Source of the DNA: an uncultured Acidobacteriota bacterium
Lineage (GTDB): Bacteria > Acidobacteriota > Thermoanaerobaculia > UBA5066 > Gp7-AA6
Reading direction: 5' to 3'
Length of the DNA: 64,000 nucleotides
Assembly: GCA_963764715.1 (NCBI GenBank)
Contig: CAVXTP010000015.1
Span: 64,001 to 128,000 of the forward strand
Within the stretch, counting starts at the first letter, position 1. Every line of letters starts with the position of its first letter. Positions 1 to 9,756 of this stretch are shown here, in pieces. The position numbers were made by a program, and so were the translations under genes. A model generated the notes under the pieces. The model saw only the letters and a program-made list of their open reading frames with translations. It made no database searches and had not been told where the DNA came from.

Positions 1-300
1 GGCCGTGAACTCGGCCACGGCCTGTTCATCGCGGCCGACGTTGGCCTCGCACACCCCGCGATAGAAGTGAATCGGGCCTTCGAGCTCGCTTTGCGCCCGC
101 TCCTGCCCGGGCTTCGCGGCCTCGCGCTCGAGTGTCGCGAGAGTGCCCAGCGCGGCCGCCCAGGTCCCGTCCGCGACCTGTTGCTTGACCTGTTGAAACA
201 GGTCGGGAAGGGACTGAAGGGATTGTGATTGTCCAGCCGCAGGAACTCGATCGAGGACAACCACGAGAAGGAGGGACAAACCGATCACCGCTTTACGCAT
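1..300 (-). CDS. Exported protein with TPR-like helices; N-terminal part only, runs off the window start
   Basis: ATG at 300 preceded by GGAGG; reads MRKAVIGLSLLLVVVLDRVPAAGQ...IHFYRGVCEANVGRDEQAVAEFTA with no stop; signal-peptide-like start. Not in the ORF track. Confidence 0.7.
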   Translation of the reverse strand, partial: MRKAVIGLSLLLVVVLDRVPAAGQSQSLQSLPDLFQQVKQQVADGTWAAALGTLATLEREAAKPGQERAQSELEGPIHFYRGVCEANVGRDEQAVAEFTA

Positions 301-529
301 GGCACGTCCTCCCGATGACGGAGCCGGGACACTCGAATGCTACTACCAAAGATCCGCCGCGTTGCGACTCGTTCGCAGCGCCGGGGGGCCGATTCCGGGG
401 CTGTAACGCCCGCCGCCGATCGGGAACTCTCGAGTGGTCGCGGGTGTGCATCGGGGCGGTCGCCCGCCCCGGCGCCGCCGGCCGCCGGCGCCTCGATGGC
501 CGACTTATGATGGACGCGGACCGGCAGTG

Positions 530-3500
530 ATGCGAAGTCGTGCGATCGCGGCTCTCGGCGGGCTGTGGCTCGCGGCCGCCTTCCTCGCCTGGCGGGAGGA
601 GTCCGAGACCGCCGCCGGCGGCGTCGTCGTGGAGAGCGTTCGGCCGGGCTGGCCGGCGGACAAGGCGGGCATCCGGCGCGGCGACGTCCTGACGTCCTGG
701 CGCCGCGCGGCCAACCCGCCGGCCAATCCTTCGGAAGCCCGGGGCGATCTGCGGACCCCCTTCGATCTTCGCCAGGTCGAGGTGGAGCAATTGCCGCGAG
801 GCCCGGTGCGGCTGCTCGCGGAGCGCGGAAACGAAGCCCTCGCCTTCGAGCTGCCGCGCCAGGGCTGGGGAATCACGGCCAGGCCCCGCTTCAGCGGCAC
901 GGCCCTCGCGACGTACCAGAAGGGTGAGCGGTCCATCCAGGCCGGCCGAATCGACGCCGGCCTCGGGTCCTGGCGAAAGGCCGCGACGGAGCTGGAGGAA
1001 TCCGGGCGACGCGCGGACGCCGCCTGGCTCCATTTGCGCGTCGCCGAGTCCGACAGGCGCGCGGCGCGCGCGTCCTACGACGCCGCCGTCCGCCAGGCGC
1101 AGGCGGCGAACGACTGGTGGCTGCTCGCCAGCGTCTACGACGGGTACGCGACGCTTCTTCTCGGCCGGAACGAATTCGATCCGGCGGCCGCGGCGGCCCG
1201 GAAGGCGCTGGAGACGGCCGAGCTTCATGCGCCGGACAGCCTGGCGGCGGCCGACGCGCTCGAGCGTCTCGGCATCATCGAGGAGGAACGAAACAATCCC
1301 GCGCGGGCACGCGAGCTCTACGTCCGGGCCCTCGCGATCCGGCAGCGGGCCGCCCCCGGCAGCATCGCGGTCGCCGCGAGCCTCGGCGCCCTCGGGCGCG
1401 TCGCCGCCGAGCGGGACTCCGCCGAAGATCTCTGCGGCCGGTCCCTGACGCTCTGGGAAAACCTGGCTCCCGAGAGCCTCGGCACGGCGCGGGTCCTGAA
1501 CGATCTCGGCGAGCTCTACTTCTATCGGGCCGACCTCCTCGTCGCCCGGAGCTACTTCGAGCGCGCCGCGGCGATCCGCCGCAAGCTCGATCCGGGCGGC
1601 CTCGACTTCGCGTCGAGCCTTCACTGGCTCGGCAACGTCGCGTGGAGACGCGGCGACCTCGCGGCGGCGGAGGACTTTCACCGCCGGGCGCTCGCGATCC
1701 GCCAGAGGCTCGCCCCCGAAAGCCCCGCGGTCGAGACGAGCCTGAACTCGCTCGGCAACGTCGCCGGGACCCGGAAGGACCTCGACTCCGCGGAGCGCTA
1801 CCATCGCCAGGCCCTCCTCATCGGCGAGAAGGTGTCTCCGGACCGGGTCGAGGCGATCCTGCACAACCTCGGGGAGGATGCCCGGTTGCGCGGCGATTAC
1901 GCGGGCGCCGACGCCTTCCTCGCCCGGGCCCTGGCCGTCAACGAGAAGCTTCCTCCCGGAAGCAGCCGGTCGATCGCCATCGCGAACACCCTCGTCAGCC
2001 AGGCGGCCGTCGCGCGCGATCGAGGCGACCTCGACAGCGCGGAGAGTCTCATCCGCCGCGCGCTGGCGATTCGCGAAACGCTGGAGCCCGACACGCTCCA
2101 TCTCGCCGAGGACCGGGAGGTCCTCGCGGACGTGCTCCGGGCGCGCGGCCGTCTCGCCGAGGCGCGAGACCTCTACTCGCAGATCCTCGACGTCGCGTCC
2201 CGCATCAGCCCGGGAAGCGAGCTCGAGGCCCGCTCGCTTCACGGGCTCGGTTTGATCGACCGCAAGGAAGGCCGCGCCGCGCCGGCGGCCATCGCGTTCC
2301 GCCGCGCGATCGACGCGCTCGAGTCGCAGAAGGGAAAGCTCGGCGGGCCGAGCGCCGCGCGCGAGCTCTTTTCGGCGGCCTACGCCGGCTACTACCGCGA
2401 CGCGATCCAGGCCCTCGTGGACGTCCGGGATCCGAACGGGGCGTTCTGGACGCTCGAGCGCTCCCACGCGCGCCTCTTGCTCGGCATGCTCGCCGAGCGG
2501 GACCTGGTCCTCGACGCCGACCTCCCGCAGGCCCTCGAGCGCGAGCGTCTCCGCGCCGACGCCGCGTACGAACGCGCGCAGAACCAGATCCTGCAGGCTC
2601 CCGCGCGGGAGCGGACTGACGAGGCTCTCGGCCGCCTCGCTTCCTTGCGGGCCGCCCGCGAGGAGGTCATCGAGAAAATCAAGCGGTCGTCGCCGCGCTA
2701 CGGCTCGCTCCGCTATCCGCGGCCGCTCGACCTCGACGGAACGCGGTCGGGCCTCGAGCCCGGGACCCTTCTCCTCTCCTACTCGGTCGGAAGGGAGTCG
2801 TCCCATCTCTTCGCCGTCGAGCCGTCGGGGGCCGCGGGCCCGGGCCTCACGCTCTACACCCTCGCCGCGGACGAGCGGACGCTGCGCGAAAGCGTCGCGG
2901 CCTACCGCAACCTCGTCGACTTCCGCGGCCCCTCCGGCGCCGAGGCCCGACGCAACCTCCTGACCCGCTCGCGCTCGCTCTACGACCTGCTGATCAGGCC
3001 GGCCGAGCCCCTGATCTCGCGCTATGCCCGGATCCTGATCATTCCCGACGGCCCCCTGCACACGCTGCCGTTCGCGGCCCTCGTTCGGAATGCCGGCAGC
3101 GGCACGCCCCAGTACCTCGTCGACTGGAAGCCGATCCACATCGCCGTGTCGGCGACCGTCTACGTGGAGCTGAAGAAGGGACGAGCGGACTCGCCGCGGG
3201 ATCCCTCCGTCGTTCTCGCCGCGTTCGGGGACCCGCGGTATCCGAAGTTTGCGGCGGCGAAGGGCGAGGTCCGTCGCGGAGACGTGGTGGAGGCGCCGCT
3301 CGACTCCGGGCCGACTCCGGACTCGATCGCGGACCCGCAGCTTCGCTCCGTCCTCCGCGGCGGCATCCGGTTCGAGCGGTTGCCCGCCTCGCGGCGGGAA
3401 GTCGAGGAGATCGCCGGGCTCTACGCGCCGAAGAGCGCCACCTATCTCGGCGCCAACGCCACCGAAGAGCGGGCGAAGTCGATCGGCCGGGACGTCCCGC

Positions 3501-3946
3501 TCATCCACTTCGCCTGCCACGCCATCATCAACGAGCGCTTCCCCCTCGACTCCGCGCTCGTCTTCTCGATCCCCGAGCATCCCGAGGAGGGCCAGGACAA
3601 CGGCCTCCTCCAGGCCTGGGAGATCTTCGAGAAGGTCCACATCGACGCGGACCTCGTCACGCTCTCGGCCTGCGATTCGGGCCTCGGCAAGGAGATGGGC
3701 GGCGAAGGTCTCATCGGCCTGACGCGGGCGTTCCAGTACGCCGGCGCGCGCTCGGTGCTCGCCTCGCTGTGGAAGGTCGAGGACACCTCCACCGCCGAGC
3801 TGATGAAGCGCTTCTACCAGTACCTGAAGGCCGGAAAGACCAAGGACGAGGCCCTGCGCTCAGCCCAGATCGACCTGATCCGATCCTCCACCTACTCGCA
3901 GCCCCGCGACTGGGCCGCGTTCCAGCTCAATGGGGACTGGAAGTAG
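530..3946 (+). CDS. PDZ-TPR-CHAT domain protein (caspase-like CHAT protease) with signal peptide/TM
   Basis: Hydrophobic N-terminus; PDZ-like VESVRPGWPADKAGIRRGDVL; many TPR repeats (ALAIRQRLAP); CHAT motifs IPDGPLHTLPF, HFACHA, LSACDSG, ASLWKV, WAAF. Confidence 0.9.
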   Translation: MRSRAIAALGGLWLAAAFLAWREESETAAGGVVVESVRPGWPADKAGIRRGDVLTSWRRAANPPANPSEARGDLRTPFDLRQVEVEQLPRGPVRLLAERGNEALAFELPRQGWGITARPRFSGTALATYQKGERSIQAGRIDAGLGSWRKAATELEESGRRADAAWLHLRVAESDRRAARASYDAAVRQAQAANDWWLLASVYDGYATLLLGRNEFDPAAAAARKALETAELHAPDSLAAADALERLGIIEEERNNPARARELYVRALAIRQRAAPGSIAVAASLGALGRVAAERDSAEDLCGRSLTLWENLAPESLGTARVLNDLGELYFYRADLLVARSYFERAAAIRRKLDPGGLDFASSLHWLGNVAWRRGDLAAAEDFHRRALAIRQRLAPESPAVETSLNSLGNVAGTRKDLDSAERYHRQALLIGEKVSPDRVEAILHNLGEDARLRGDYAGADAFLARALAVNEKLPPGSSRSIAIANTLVSQAAVARDRGDLDSAESLIRRALAIRETLEPDTLHLAEDREVLADVLRARGRLAEARDLYSQILDVASRISPGSELEARSLHGLGLIDRKEGRAAPAAIAFRRAIDALESQKGKLGGPSAARELFSAAYAGYYRDAIQALVDVRDPNGAFWTLERSHARLLLGMLAERDLVLDADLPQALERERLRADAAYERAQNQILQAPARERTDEALGRLASLRAAREEVIEKIKRSSPRYGSLRYPRPLDLDGTRSGLEPGTLLLSYSVGRESSHLFAVEPSGAAGPGLTLYTLAADERTLRESVAAYRNLVDFRGPSGAEARRNLLTRSRSLYDLLIRPAEPLISRYARILIIPDGPLHTLPFAALVRNAGSGTPQYLVDWKPIHIAVSATVYVELKKGRADSPRDPSVVLAAFGDPRYPKFAAAKGEVRRGDVVEAPLDSGPTPDSIADPQLRSVLRGGIRFERLPASRREVEEIAGLYAPKSATYLGANATEERAKSIGRDVPLIHFACHAIINERFPLDSALVFSIPEHPEEGQDNGLLQAWEIFEKVHIDADLVTLSACDSGLGKEMGGEGLIGLTRAFQYAGARSVLASLWKVEDTSTAELMKRFYQYLKAGKTKDEALRSAQIDLIRSSTYSQPRDWAAFQLNGDWK

Positions 3947-4002
3947 GCCCGCCTCGCGACAATAGATACATTGAGGCCAATGGGGAGGCTTAGAATTCTG
4001 GC

Positions 4003-4557
4003 ATGACGCTGCCGGCGGCGCTGAAGTTCACCTACGAGGACTACGCGCTCCTCCCCGAGGACCGACGCTACGAGGTCATCGATGGGGAGCTGTTCTTGAC
4101 ACCCGCACCGACGCCCAACCACCAGGACGTGATCCTCGAGCTCGTTCGACTCCTCGCGGACTTCGTCGAGGCCCGCCGCCTCGGACGAGTGGTCCTCGCC
4201 CCCTGCGACGTCGTCCTCTCGAAGTTCGACATCTTGCAGCCGGACATCTTCTTCATCGCCGCCGAGCGCGAATCCATCGTCGGCCCGAAGTACATCGAGG
4301 GGCCGCCGGATCTCGTGGTCGAAGTCCTCTCACCCTCGACGGCGACCCGCGACCGAGAGGCCAAGGCCAAGCGTTATGCGACCTTCGGTGTGCGGGAGAT
4401 GTGGCTGATCGAGCCGGAAACGAGAACGATCGAAGTGTTCGTCAACGCCGGTGAGGGCTTTCGACTGTACGGTCGATTCGCGACCAACGAGCTCGTCCGA
4501 TCGACGGTGCTGGCGGGGCTCGAGTTTCCCGCCGCGTCGATTCTCCGCTCGACCTAG
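4003..4557 (+). CDS. Uma2 family (PD-(D/E)XK-like) endonuclease
   Basis: RYEVIDGELF..PAP..HQ, QPDIFF, PDLVVEVLSPST...D...K...YA..GVREMWLI. Confidence 0.9.
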   Translation: MTLPAALKFTYEDYALLPEDRRYEVIDGELFLTPAPTPNHQDVILELVRLLADFVEARRLGRVVLAPCDVVLSKFDILQPDIFFIAAERESIVGPKYIEGPPDLVVEVLSPSTATRDREAKAKRYATFGVREMWLIEPETRTIEVFVNAGEGFRLYGRFATNELVRSTVLAGLEFPAASILRST

Positions 4558-5576
4558 CGCTCTCTCCGGAACTTCGAGATCGTTCCCTTCGGACCGATCG
4601 CCCAGCCGGCCCCGTCCGAGCCGAACGCCACCGCGTTGTAGGGCGTCCTGTCGAGAAGAGTCCACGTCTTCCCCGCGTCGCGGCTCTCGGCCGTCCCGGC
4701 GAGGCCGACGGCCACGAGGCGATCGCCGGCGCCGGGGACCGCGGCGACGGCCGAGAAGAAGCCCGACTTCGACAGCGGCGCCGGCACCCAGGTCGCGCCG
4801 CCGTCCTCCGTGCGCGCGCCGTTCAAGCCCTCGAAGGCCGGCTGCTTGTAGTCGCCCCCGGTCACGACGCCGCGCTTCGCGTCGAGAAACGCAACCGAGA
4901 AGAGGCCGGACGAGGCGTTGGCCGCGGCGACCGGGGCCTCCGCGACGGTCCAGGTGAGGCCCCGGTCGGCTGTGTGGAACACGCGCGCGACCTTCGCGCC
5001 GCCGGTGACGAACCAGGCGTCGTTTCCGCCCTTCGACGCAAAGAGACAGGTGCCGCTCGCGGCGAAGGCGCCTTCGCCCGGGAGGGCGGGCGGCATGACC
5101 TCGTCCTTCACGGCGTACCAGGTGAGACCGCCGTCGATCGTCGTGCGGATGCGGAACTTCCCGCCGACCGGGTCTCCCACGACGATCCCGTGCCGCGCGT
5201 CCCAGAAGGCGAGGGCGTCGTAGAACCCTTCCTTCTCCGGATTCGTGTGGAAGAGCCCCCACGTCGCTCCGCCGTCGGTCGAGCGGTAGATGCGGGACGC
5301 CGGGCCCGGGCCCGCGGCCATGAGAACGAGCACGTCATCCGAGAGCGCTTCGAGGTCGCGGAAGTCGAGTGTCTCGGCGCCCCGGATGGCGACCTTCTCC
5401 CACCGCTCGCCGTCCGTCGTCCGCAGCACGGTGCCGCCCGCGCCGCTCGCCCAGGCGTGGGTCGCGTCGCGAACCGCGAGGCCCCGGAGCTCCGCGTCCG
5501 ATCCGCTCGTCTGAGGGGTCCAGACGGCGACGGCGCCCGCCAGGAGCACTCCGCCGAGCATCGCCCCCTTCGTCAC
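4554..5576 (-). CDS. YCF48-like / BNR-repeat beta-propeller protein
   Basis: Repeated Asp-box motifs (STDGGATW, TIDGGLTW, TEDGGATW); GTG start overlaps the upstream stop. Confidence 0.8.
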   Translation of the reverse strand: MTKGAMLGGVLLAGAVAVWTPQTSGSDAELRGLAVRDATHAWASGAGGTVLRTTDGERWEKVAIRGAETLDFRDLEALSDDVLVLMAAGPGPASRIYRSTDGGATWGLFHTNPEKEGFYDALAFWDARHGIVVGDPVGGKFRIRTTIDGGLTWYAVKDEVMPPALPGEGAFAASGTCLFASKGGNDAWFVTGGAKVARVFHTADRGLTWTVAEAPVAAANASSGLFSVAFLDAKRGVVTGGDYKQPAFEGLNGARTEDGGATWVPAPLSKSGFFSAVAAVPGAGDRLVAVGLAGTAESRDAGKTWTLLDRTPYNAVAFGSDGAGWAIGPKGTISKFRRER

Positions 5577-5932
5577 TTCCCCCACAGCATCTTGAGGGAC
5601 ACGACGAGAAGGAACGCGCCGAACATGCGCCGGAGCGCCAGGTCGGACACCGGCTCGACGAGCTTGGCTCCCACGAAGGCGCCGACGAGCAGGCCCGCCG
5701 CGATGAGCGCCGAGTACTTGACGTTGACCTGCCCGTTCTTCCAGTAGACCCAGGCCGACAGCGCGCCGACCGGCAGAAGCAGAGCGCCGAGCGAGGTGCC
5801 CACCGCCTCGTGCTGCTTCATCCCGTAGACCACGGCGAGCGCCGGCACGACGATGAGCCCGCCGCCGATGCCGAACATGCCGGCGAAGACGCCCGCGAGG
5901 ACGCCGACCAGGATCAGCCCCGCCACCTGCAT
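5573..5932 (-). CDS. TauE/SafE (TSUP) family membrane protein, half-size
   Basis: GMFGIGGGLIVVPAL...AVGTSL motif; about 4 TM segments. Confidence 0.85.
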   Translation of the reverse strand: MQVAGLILVGVLAGVFAGMFGIGGGLIVVPALAVVYGMKQHEAVGTSLGALLLPVGALSAWVYWKNGQVNVKYSALIAAGLLVGAFVGAKLVEPVSDLALRRMFGAFLLVVSLKMLWGK

Positions 5933-5950
5933 CCTGCCTCCTGCCTCCCG

Positions 5951-6739
5951 CTATACCGCGGGGTAAGCCAGCCCGGTCTCGTGAGCCTCGGTGCCGTCGC
6001 GGATCTCGAGCGCGGCGTCGGGGGCGTTCGTCGTGATCGAGGCGACACCCGCCGCGAGGAGCTTACGGACCTCGTCGGGCTCGTCGACCGTCCAGGGATG
6101 CACCGAGAGGCTGGCCGCCGCGGCCTGCGCGAGCAGCGCCGGGGTCACGAGGTCCTTGCGCGGCGCGATCGCGTCGACCGGGGGAAAGAGCGGCGCGGGC
6201 TGGCCCGGCGCGGGAAGCGCGACGGCATGGTCGAAGATGTAGCTCGTGGCGATGCCGGGAAAGGCCTCGTGCATGCGCTTGACGAACTCCGCGTCGAAGG
6301 ACCCGACGAGGCAGCGCGACGTCAGGCCGAAGACCGAGGCGAGCTTCGCGACGCGGCGGGCCATCGTGCCCATGCCGCCGGGCGGCATCCCGGGCGAGGT
6401 CTTGACCTCCACGATGTAGCGAAACGCCGTCCCGTACCGATGAAAAATCTGTTCGAGCCGGGGGATGCGGTACTCGCCGAGCTCCGACGGGATGACGAGC
6501 TTTTCGAGCTCCCGGGCGGTGAACGTCCGCACCGGCAGCCGCTGGGTCCCCAGGAGCACGTCCTCGTCGTGAAAGACGACCGCCTCGCCGTCGCGCGTCA
6601 GGCGAACGTCGAGCTCGATCGCGTCGGCGCCGAAGCTCTCGGCATAGTCGAAGCTCGCGATGGTGTTCTCGCGGGCCCGGCGCGGCGCGCCGCGGTGTCC
6701 GACGATCCACGTCGGGTGGGGGCTCTTCCAGTCGCTCAT
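5951..6739 (-). CDS. Glycerophosphodiester phosphodiesterase
   Basis: GHRG...ENT, IELDVRLTRDG..VVFHD, WTVD, ITTN motifs. Confidence 0.9.
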   Translation of the reverse strand: MSDWKSPHPTWIVGHRGAPRRARENTIASFDYAESFGADAIELDVRLTRDGEAVVFHDEDVLLGTQRLPVRTFTARELEKLVIPSELGEYRIPRLEQIFHRYGTAFRYIVEVKTSPGMPPGGMGTMARRVAKLASVFGLTSRCLVGSFDAEFVKRMHEAFPGIATSYIFDHAVALPAPGQPAPLFPPVDAIAPRKDLVTPALLAQAAAASLSVHPWTVDEPDEVRKLLAAGVASITTNAPDAALEIRDGTEAHETGLAYPAV

Positions 6740-6749
6740 CGCAGGCGCA

Positions 6750-7454
6750 TTATGTCGCGGCCGCGATCTCCGCGAGGATCGCGTCGAGAGCCGCGTCCGG
6801 GTCCGCCGCCGCGGTCACGGGCCGGCCGATCACGAGAAGGTCCGCGCCGGCCGCGATCGCCGAGGCCGGCGTCGCCACGCGCTTCTGGTCTCCCGCGGCC
6901 GCGCCGGCCGGGCGGATCCCGGGAACGACCGTGAAGAAGCCCGGTCCGCACGCCGCGCGGATCCCCGGGAGATCATTGGCCGAGCAGACGACGCCGTCGA
7001 GGCCGCAGTCCTTCGCCAGGATGGAAAGGCGCCGTGCGATCCCTTCCGGCGGCCCCGCCATCGGCAGGTCCGCGAGGGCCCGGGCGTCGATCGAGGTCAG
7101 GAGCGTGACGCCGATCAACTTTGCGACTCCCGCGCGCCGGGCGGCCTCCCGCGCCGCCTCGAGCATCGCGCGCCCCCCCGAGCAGTGCACGTTGACCATG
7201 GCCGCCTTCGACCGGCCGGCCGAGGCCACCGCCCCGGCCACCGTCGCCGGGATGTCGTGGAACTTGAGGTCGAGGAAGATCTTCGCTCCCGAGACGGAGG
7301 CCGCCTCCGCGACGAGCGACGGGCCCTCCGCCACGAAAGCCTCGAGACCGATCTTCAGCCAGCCTGCGCGTCCGCCAAAGCGCTTCGCCGCGGCGAGGAC
7401 CTCGGCGCGCGTCGGAAAGTCGAGGGCGATGCAGACGCGCTCGGAGGCGCTCAT
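6750..7454 (-). CDS. pyrF: Orotidine-5'-phosphate decarboxylase
   Basis: IALD, KIG, FLDLKFHDIPATV, VPGIRP, DQKRV.TP, VIGRP; ATG overlaps the pyrD stop. Confidence 0.95.
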   Translation of the reverse strand: MSASERVCIALDFPTRAEVLAAAKRFGGRAGWLKIGLEAFVAEGPSLVAEAASVSGAKIFLDLKFHDIPATVAGAVASAGRSKAAMVNVHCSGGRAMLEAAREAARRAGVAKLIGVTLLTSIDARALADLPMAGPPEGIARRLSILAKDCGLDGVVCSANDLPGIRAACGPGFFTVVPGIRPAGAAAGDQKRVATPASAIAAGADLLVIGRPVTAAADPDAALDAILAEIAAAT

Positions 7455-8404
7455 CCCTCGGCCCCCCCCTCTCCCCCGACCTTCGACGCGACACGGTGCG
7501 CGCGGCCGACGAGCTGGGGCACGCTCGTTTTCCTGCGCTCGCAGTACGCGGCGAGCTCGTCGACGAGGCGGCCGGACACGCCTGGGTCCTTGAAGTTGGC
7601 GGTGCCGACCTGGACGGCGGTCGCGCCGGCGGCCAGGAACTCGAGCACGTCCGAGAGGTCCGAGATCCCGCCGATGCCCATGATCGGCACGTCGGGCATC
7701 GCCTTGTGCACCTGGTAGACCATGCGGACGGCCAGCGGCCGGATCGCGGGCCCGGAGAGGCCGCCCGTCCCGAAGGACGTCCGCGGCTTCGCGGTCTCCG
7801 GGTCGATGACCATGCCGACGAACGTGTTCACGAGCGAGAGGATGTCGGCGCCGCCCTCGCGCGCCGCCCGCGCCGACTCGACGAGGTCGGGGGCGTTCGG
7901 GGAGAGCTTCACGACGAGCGGCCGCTCCGTGGCGGCGCGGACCTTCGCGACGAGCGAGCGCGTCAGCTCCGGTGAGTTGCCGAAGAGCATTCCGCCCCGC
8001 TGCACGTTGGGACACGAGATGTTCAGCTCCACGGCCGCGATCCCTTCGGCGCCCTCGAGCGCCCGGACGACCGTGACGTAGTCCTCCTCGAGATCGCCCC
8101 AGACGTTCGCGATCACGGTCGCGCCGAGCGAGCGCAGCTTCGGGAGCTTCTCGGCGAGGAACGCCTCGACGCCCACGTTCTGCAGGCCGATCGCGTTGAG
8201 CATCCCGCCCGGCGTTTCGCAGATCCGCGGCGGCGCGTTGCCGGCGTGCGGCTTCAGCGACAGGCCCTTGGTGCAGAGGCCGCCGATCTTCGCGAGGTCC
8301 ACGAAGTCGGCGAAGTCGAGGCCGTAGCCGAAGGTGCCCGACGCGGTCGTGATCGGGTTCGCGAGGGTCAGCGGACCGAGGCGGACTAAGAGGGGGCTAG
8401 TCAT
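7451..8404 (-). CDS. pyrD: Dihydroorotate dehydrogenase B, catalytic subunit
   Basis: ASGTFGYG, NAIGLQNVG, ELNISCPN, VKLSPN, GGLSGPAI. Confidence 0.95.
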   Translation of the reverse strand: MTSPLLVRLGPLTLANPITTASGTFGYGLDFADFVDLAKIGGLCTKGLSLKPHAGNAPPRICETPGGMLNAIGLQNVGVEAFLAEKLPKLRSLGATVIANVWGDLEEDYVTVVRALEGAEGIAAVELNISCPNVQRGGMLFGNSPELTRSLVAKVRAATERPLVVKLSPNAPDLVESARAAREGGADILSLVNTFVGMVIDPETAKPRTSFGTGGLSGPAIRPLAVRMVYQVHKAMPDVPIMGIGGISDLSDVLEFLAAGATAVQVGTANFKDPGVSGRLVDELAAYCERRKTSVPQLVGRAHRVASKVGGEGGAEG

Positions 8405-8419
8405 TCCCACGGCTCATCA

Positions 8420-8515
8420 GGGCGGGGACAAGCCCCGCCCCTACGACGGCGGACGGCGATACGGTGCAACCGGAGCCCCGGGCTCCGGTCGTAGGGGCGG
8501 CCCTTGTGGCCGCCC
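8420..8515. repeat. GTAG-REP doublet (inverted type A plus type B) with an internal palindrome
   Basis: gggcggggacaagccccgcccctac ... accggagccccgggctccggt ... gtaggggcggcccttgtggccgccc. Confidence 0.9.
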
Positions 8516-8530
8516 GCCCCGGTCCGCGGG

Positions 8531-9319
8531 TCACCACTTGATCTTCTCCGGCGCCAGGATCGGGCCCTCGCTGCACGAGACGATGAACGGCTTCTCGGTC
8601 CCGGGAATCACGCATCCCAGGCACGCGCCGAAGCCGCATCCCATCTCGGCCTCCGTCGAGAACTCCGCGGGAACTCCGGCCTTCGCGACGACCTTCGCGA
8701 GCGAGGCGAACATCGGCATGGGCCCGCAAGCGTAGACGCGCGCGTAGGTCGTCCCGGCATCGAGCCGGCGGGCGAGCGCCTCGGTCACGAAGCCCTTCTC
8801 GCCGAGCGAGCCGTCGTCGGAGGCGAGGACCGTCTCGCCGCGCACGATCCCGTCGAAGCGCGAACGGATCGACAGCTCGCGCTCGTTCCGGCCCCCGAGG
8901 TACAGGTCGGCCGGGACGCCGGCCGTGCGCAAGGCCTTCAGCAGCAGCGGGAAGGGCGCGGCGCCGATGCCGCCGGCGACGATCGCGACCCGGGAGCCGC
9001 GCGGAAGATCCGAAAGGCCGAAGGCGTTGCCGAGCGGGCCGAGAAGGCGGACGGAGGACCCCTCGGGCAGCTCCTCGAGGGCCGCGGTGCCCGCGCCGAT
9101 CGTCTTGATCAGGAGCTCCACGGTTCCCGGCAGCGCCTCCGCGTCCGCGACCGAGTACGCCCGGCGCAGGTAGGGCCGCAGCCGGTCGGGGACCTCGAGC
9201 ATGACGAACTGTCCGGGAGAGATGGCGGCAGCCAGCGGGGGGCAGCGGAAGGTCACGGAAAAGAGGCCGGGCGAGAAAACGTGGCGCCGGAGGAGCGTCG
9301 CTCGGTGGTCAGCTTTCAC
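8531..9319 (-). CDS. pyrK: Dihydroorotate dehydrogenase electron transfer subunit
   Basis: PGQFVML, LRRAYS, GPLGN, GGIGAAP, ACGPMPM, MGCGFGACLGC...C 2Fe-2S motif; upstream of pyrD. Confidence 0.95.
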   Translation of the reverse strand: MKADHRATLLRRHVFSPGLFSVTFRCPPLAAAISPGQFVMLEVPDRLRPYLRRAYSVADAEALPGTVELLIKTIGAGTAALEELPEGSSVRLLGPLGNAFGLSDLPRGSRVAIVAGGIGAAPFPLLLKALRTAGVPADLYLGGRNERELSIRSRFDGIVRGETVLASDDGSLGEKGFVTEALARRLDAGTTYARVYACGPMPMFASLAKVVAKAGVPAEFSTEAEMGCGFGACLGCVIPGTEKPFIVSCSEGPILAPEKIKW

Positions 9320-9348
9320 CGAGGCGCGATTCTATCCGCAGTGAAGGA

Positions 9349-9537
9349 TCAGACCTCGATCTCGCCGTTCAAGTCGGTTTCGGGCGACTCGCGGCGCGCT
9401 TTCTCGTGGCACTTTTCACAGAGAAGTCGGCCCTGCACCTCGCCGCCCGGCCGCGCGTAGCTTCCACAGCCGTGACACCGCCGGAGCGCCCGGTGATGGG
9501 CGTCCAAGTCGAGCACCGCTTCCTGGCGTCTGATCAT
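9349..9537 (-). CDS. Small putative zinc-finger protein (62 aa)
   Basis: ATG with AAGGA RBS; CHGC...CEKC motif. Confidence 0.55.
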   Translation of the reverse strand: MIRRQEAVLDLDAHHRALRRCHGCGSYARPGGEVQGRLLCEKCHEKARRESPETDLNGEIEV

Positions 9538-9572
9538 TTCCGTCCTTTCGACTTCGATACACCGATCGATAG

Positions 9573-9588
9573 AGCACGACTCGTACCC
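9573..9588 (-). promoter_or_regulatory. Possible sigma-54 promoter
   Basis: GGGTACGAGTCGTGCT = GG-N10-GC, about 36 nt upstream of the ATG at 9537; imperfect consensus. Confidence 0.35.
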
Positions 9589-9680
9589 AATCCGCAAACA
9601 CTCAACACACGCGACTTAGCGGCGCGCGCCGCCGGAAGAGTGTCGCCTTCTCAGGCGACCGAGTCCTCCGCCGAGGTCAC

Positions 9681-9737
9681 GTAGGGGCGGGGCTCGACCC
9701 CGCCCGCACGCCGGGCGGCCGCGAGGTCCGCCCCTAC
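9681..9737. repeat. GTAG-REP doublet
   Basis: gtaggggcggggctcgaccccgccc ... gggcggccgcgaggtccgcccctac. Confidence 0.85.
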
Positions 9738-9756
9738 GAACACAAAGAGCGCCGGG

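Noticed and set aside
4003-4557. Uma2 nuclease plus CHAT as a defence system
   Set aside because: Uma2 genes are abundant and scattered, this one has its own promoter-like box, and adjacency is the only evidence.
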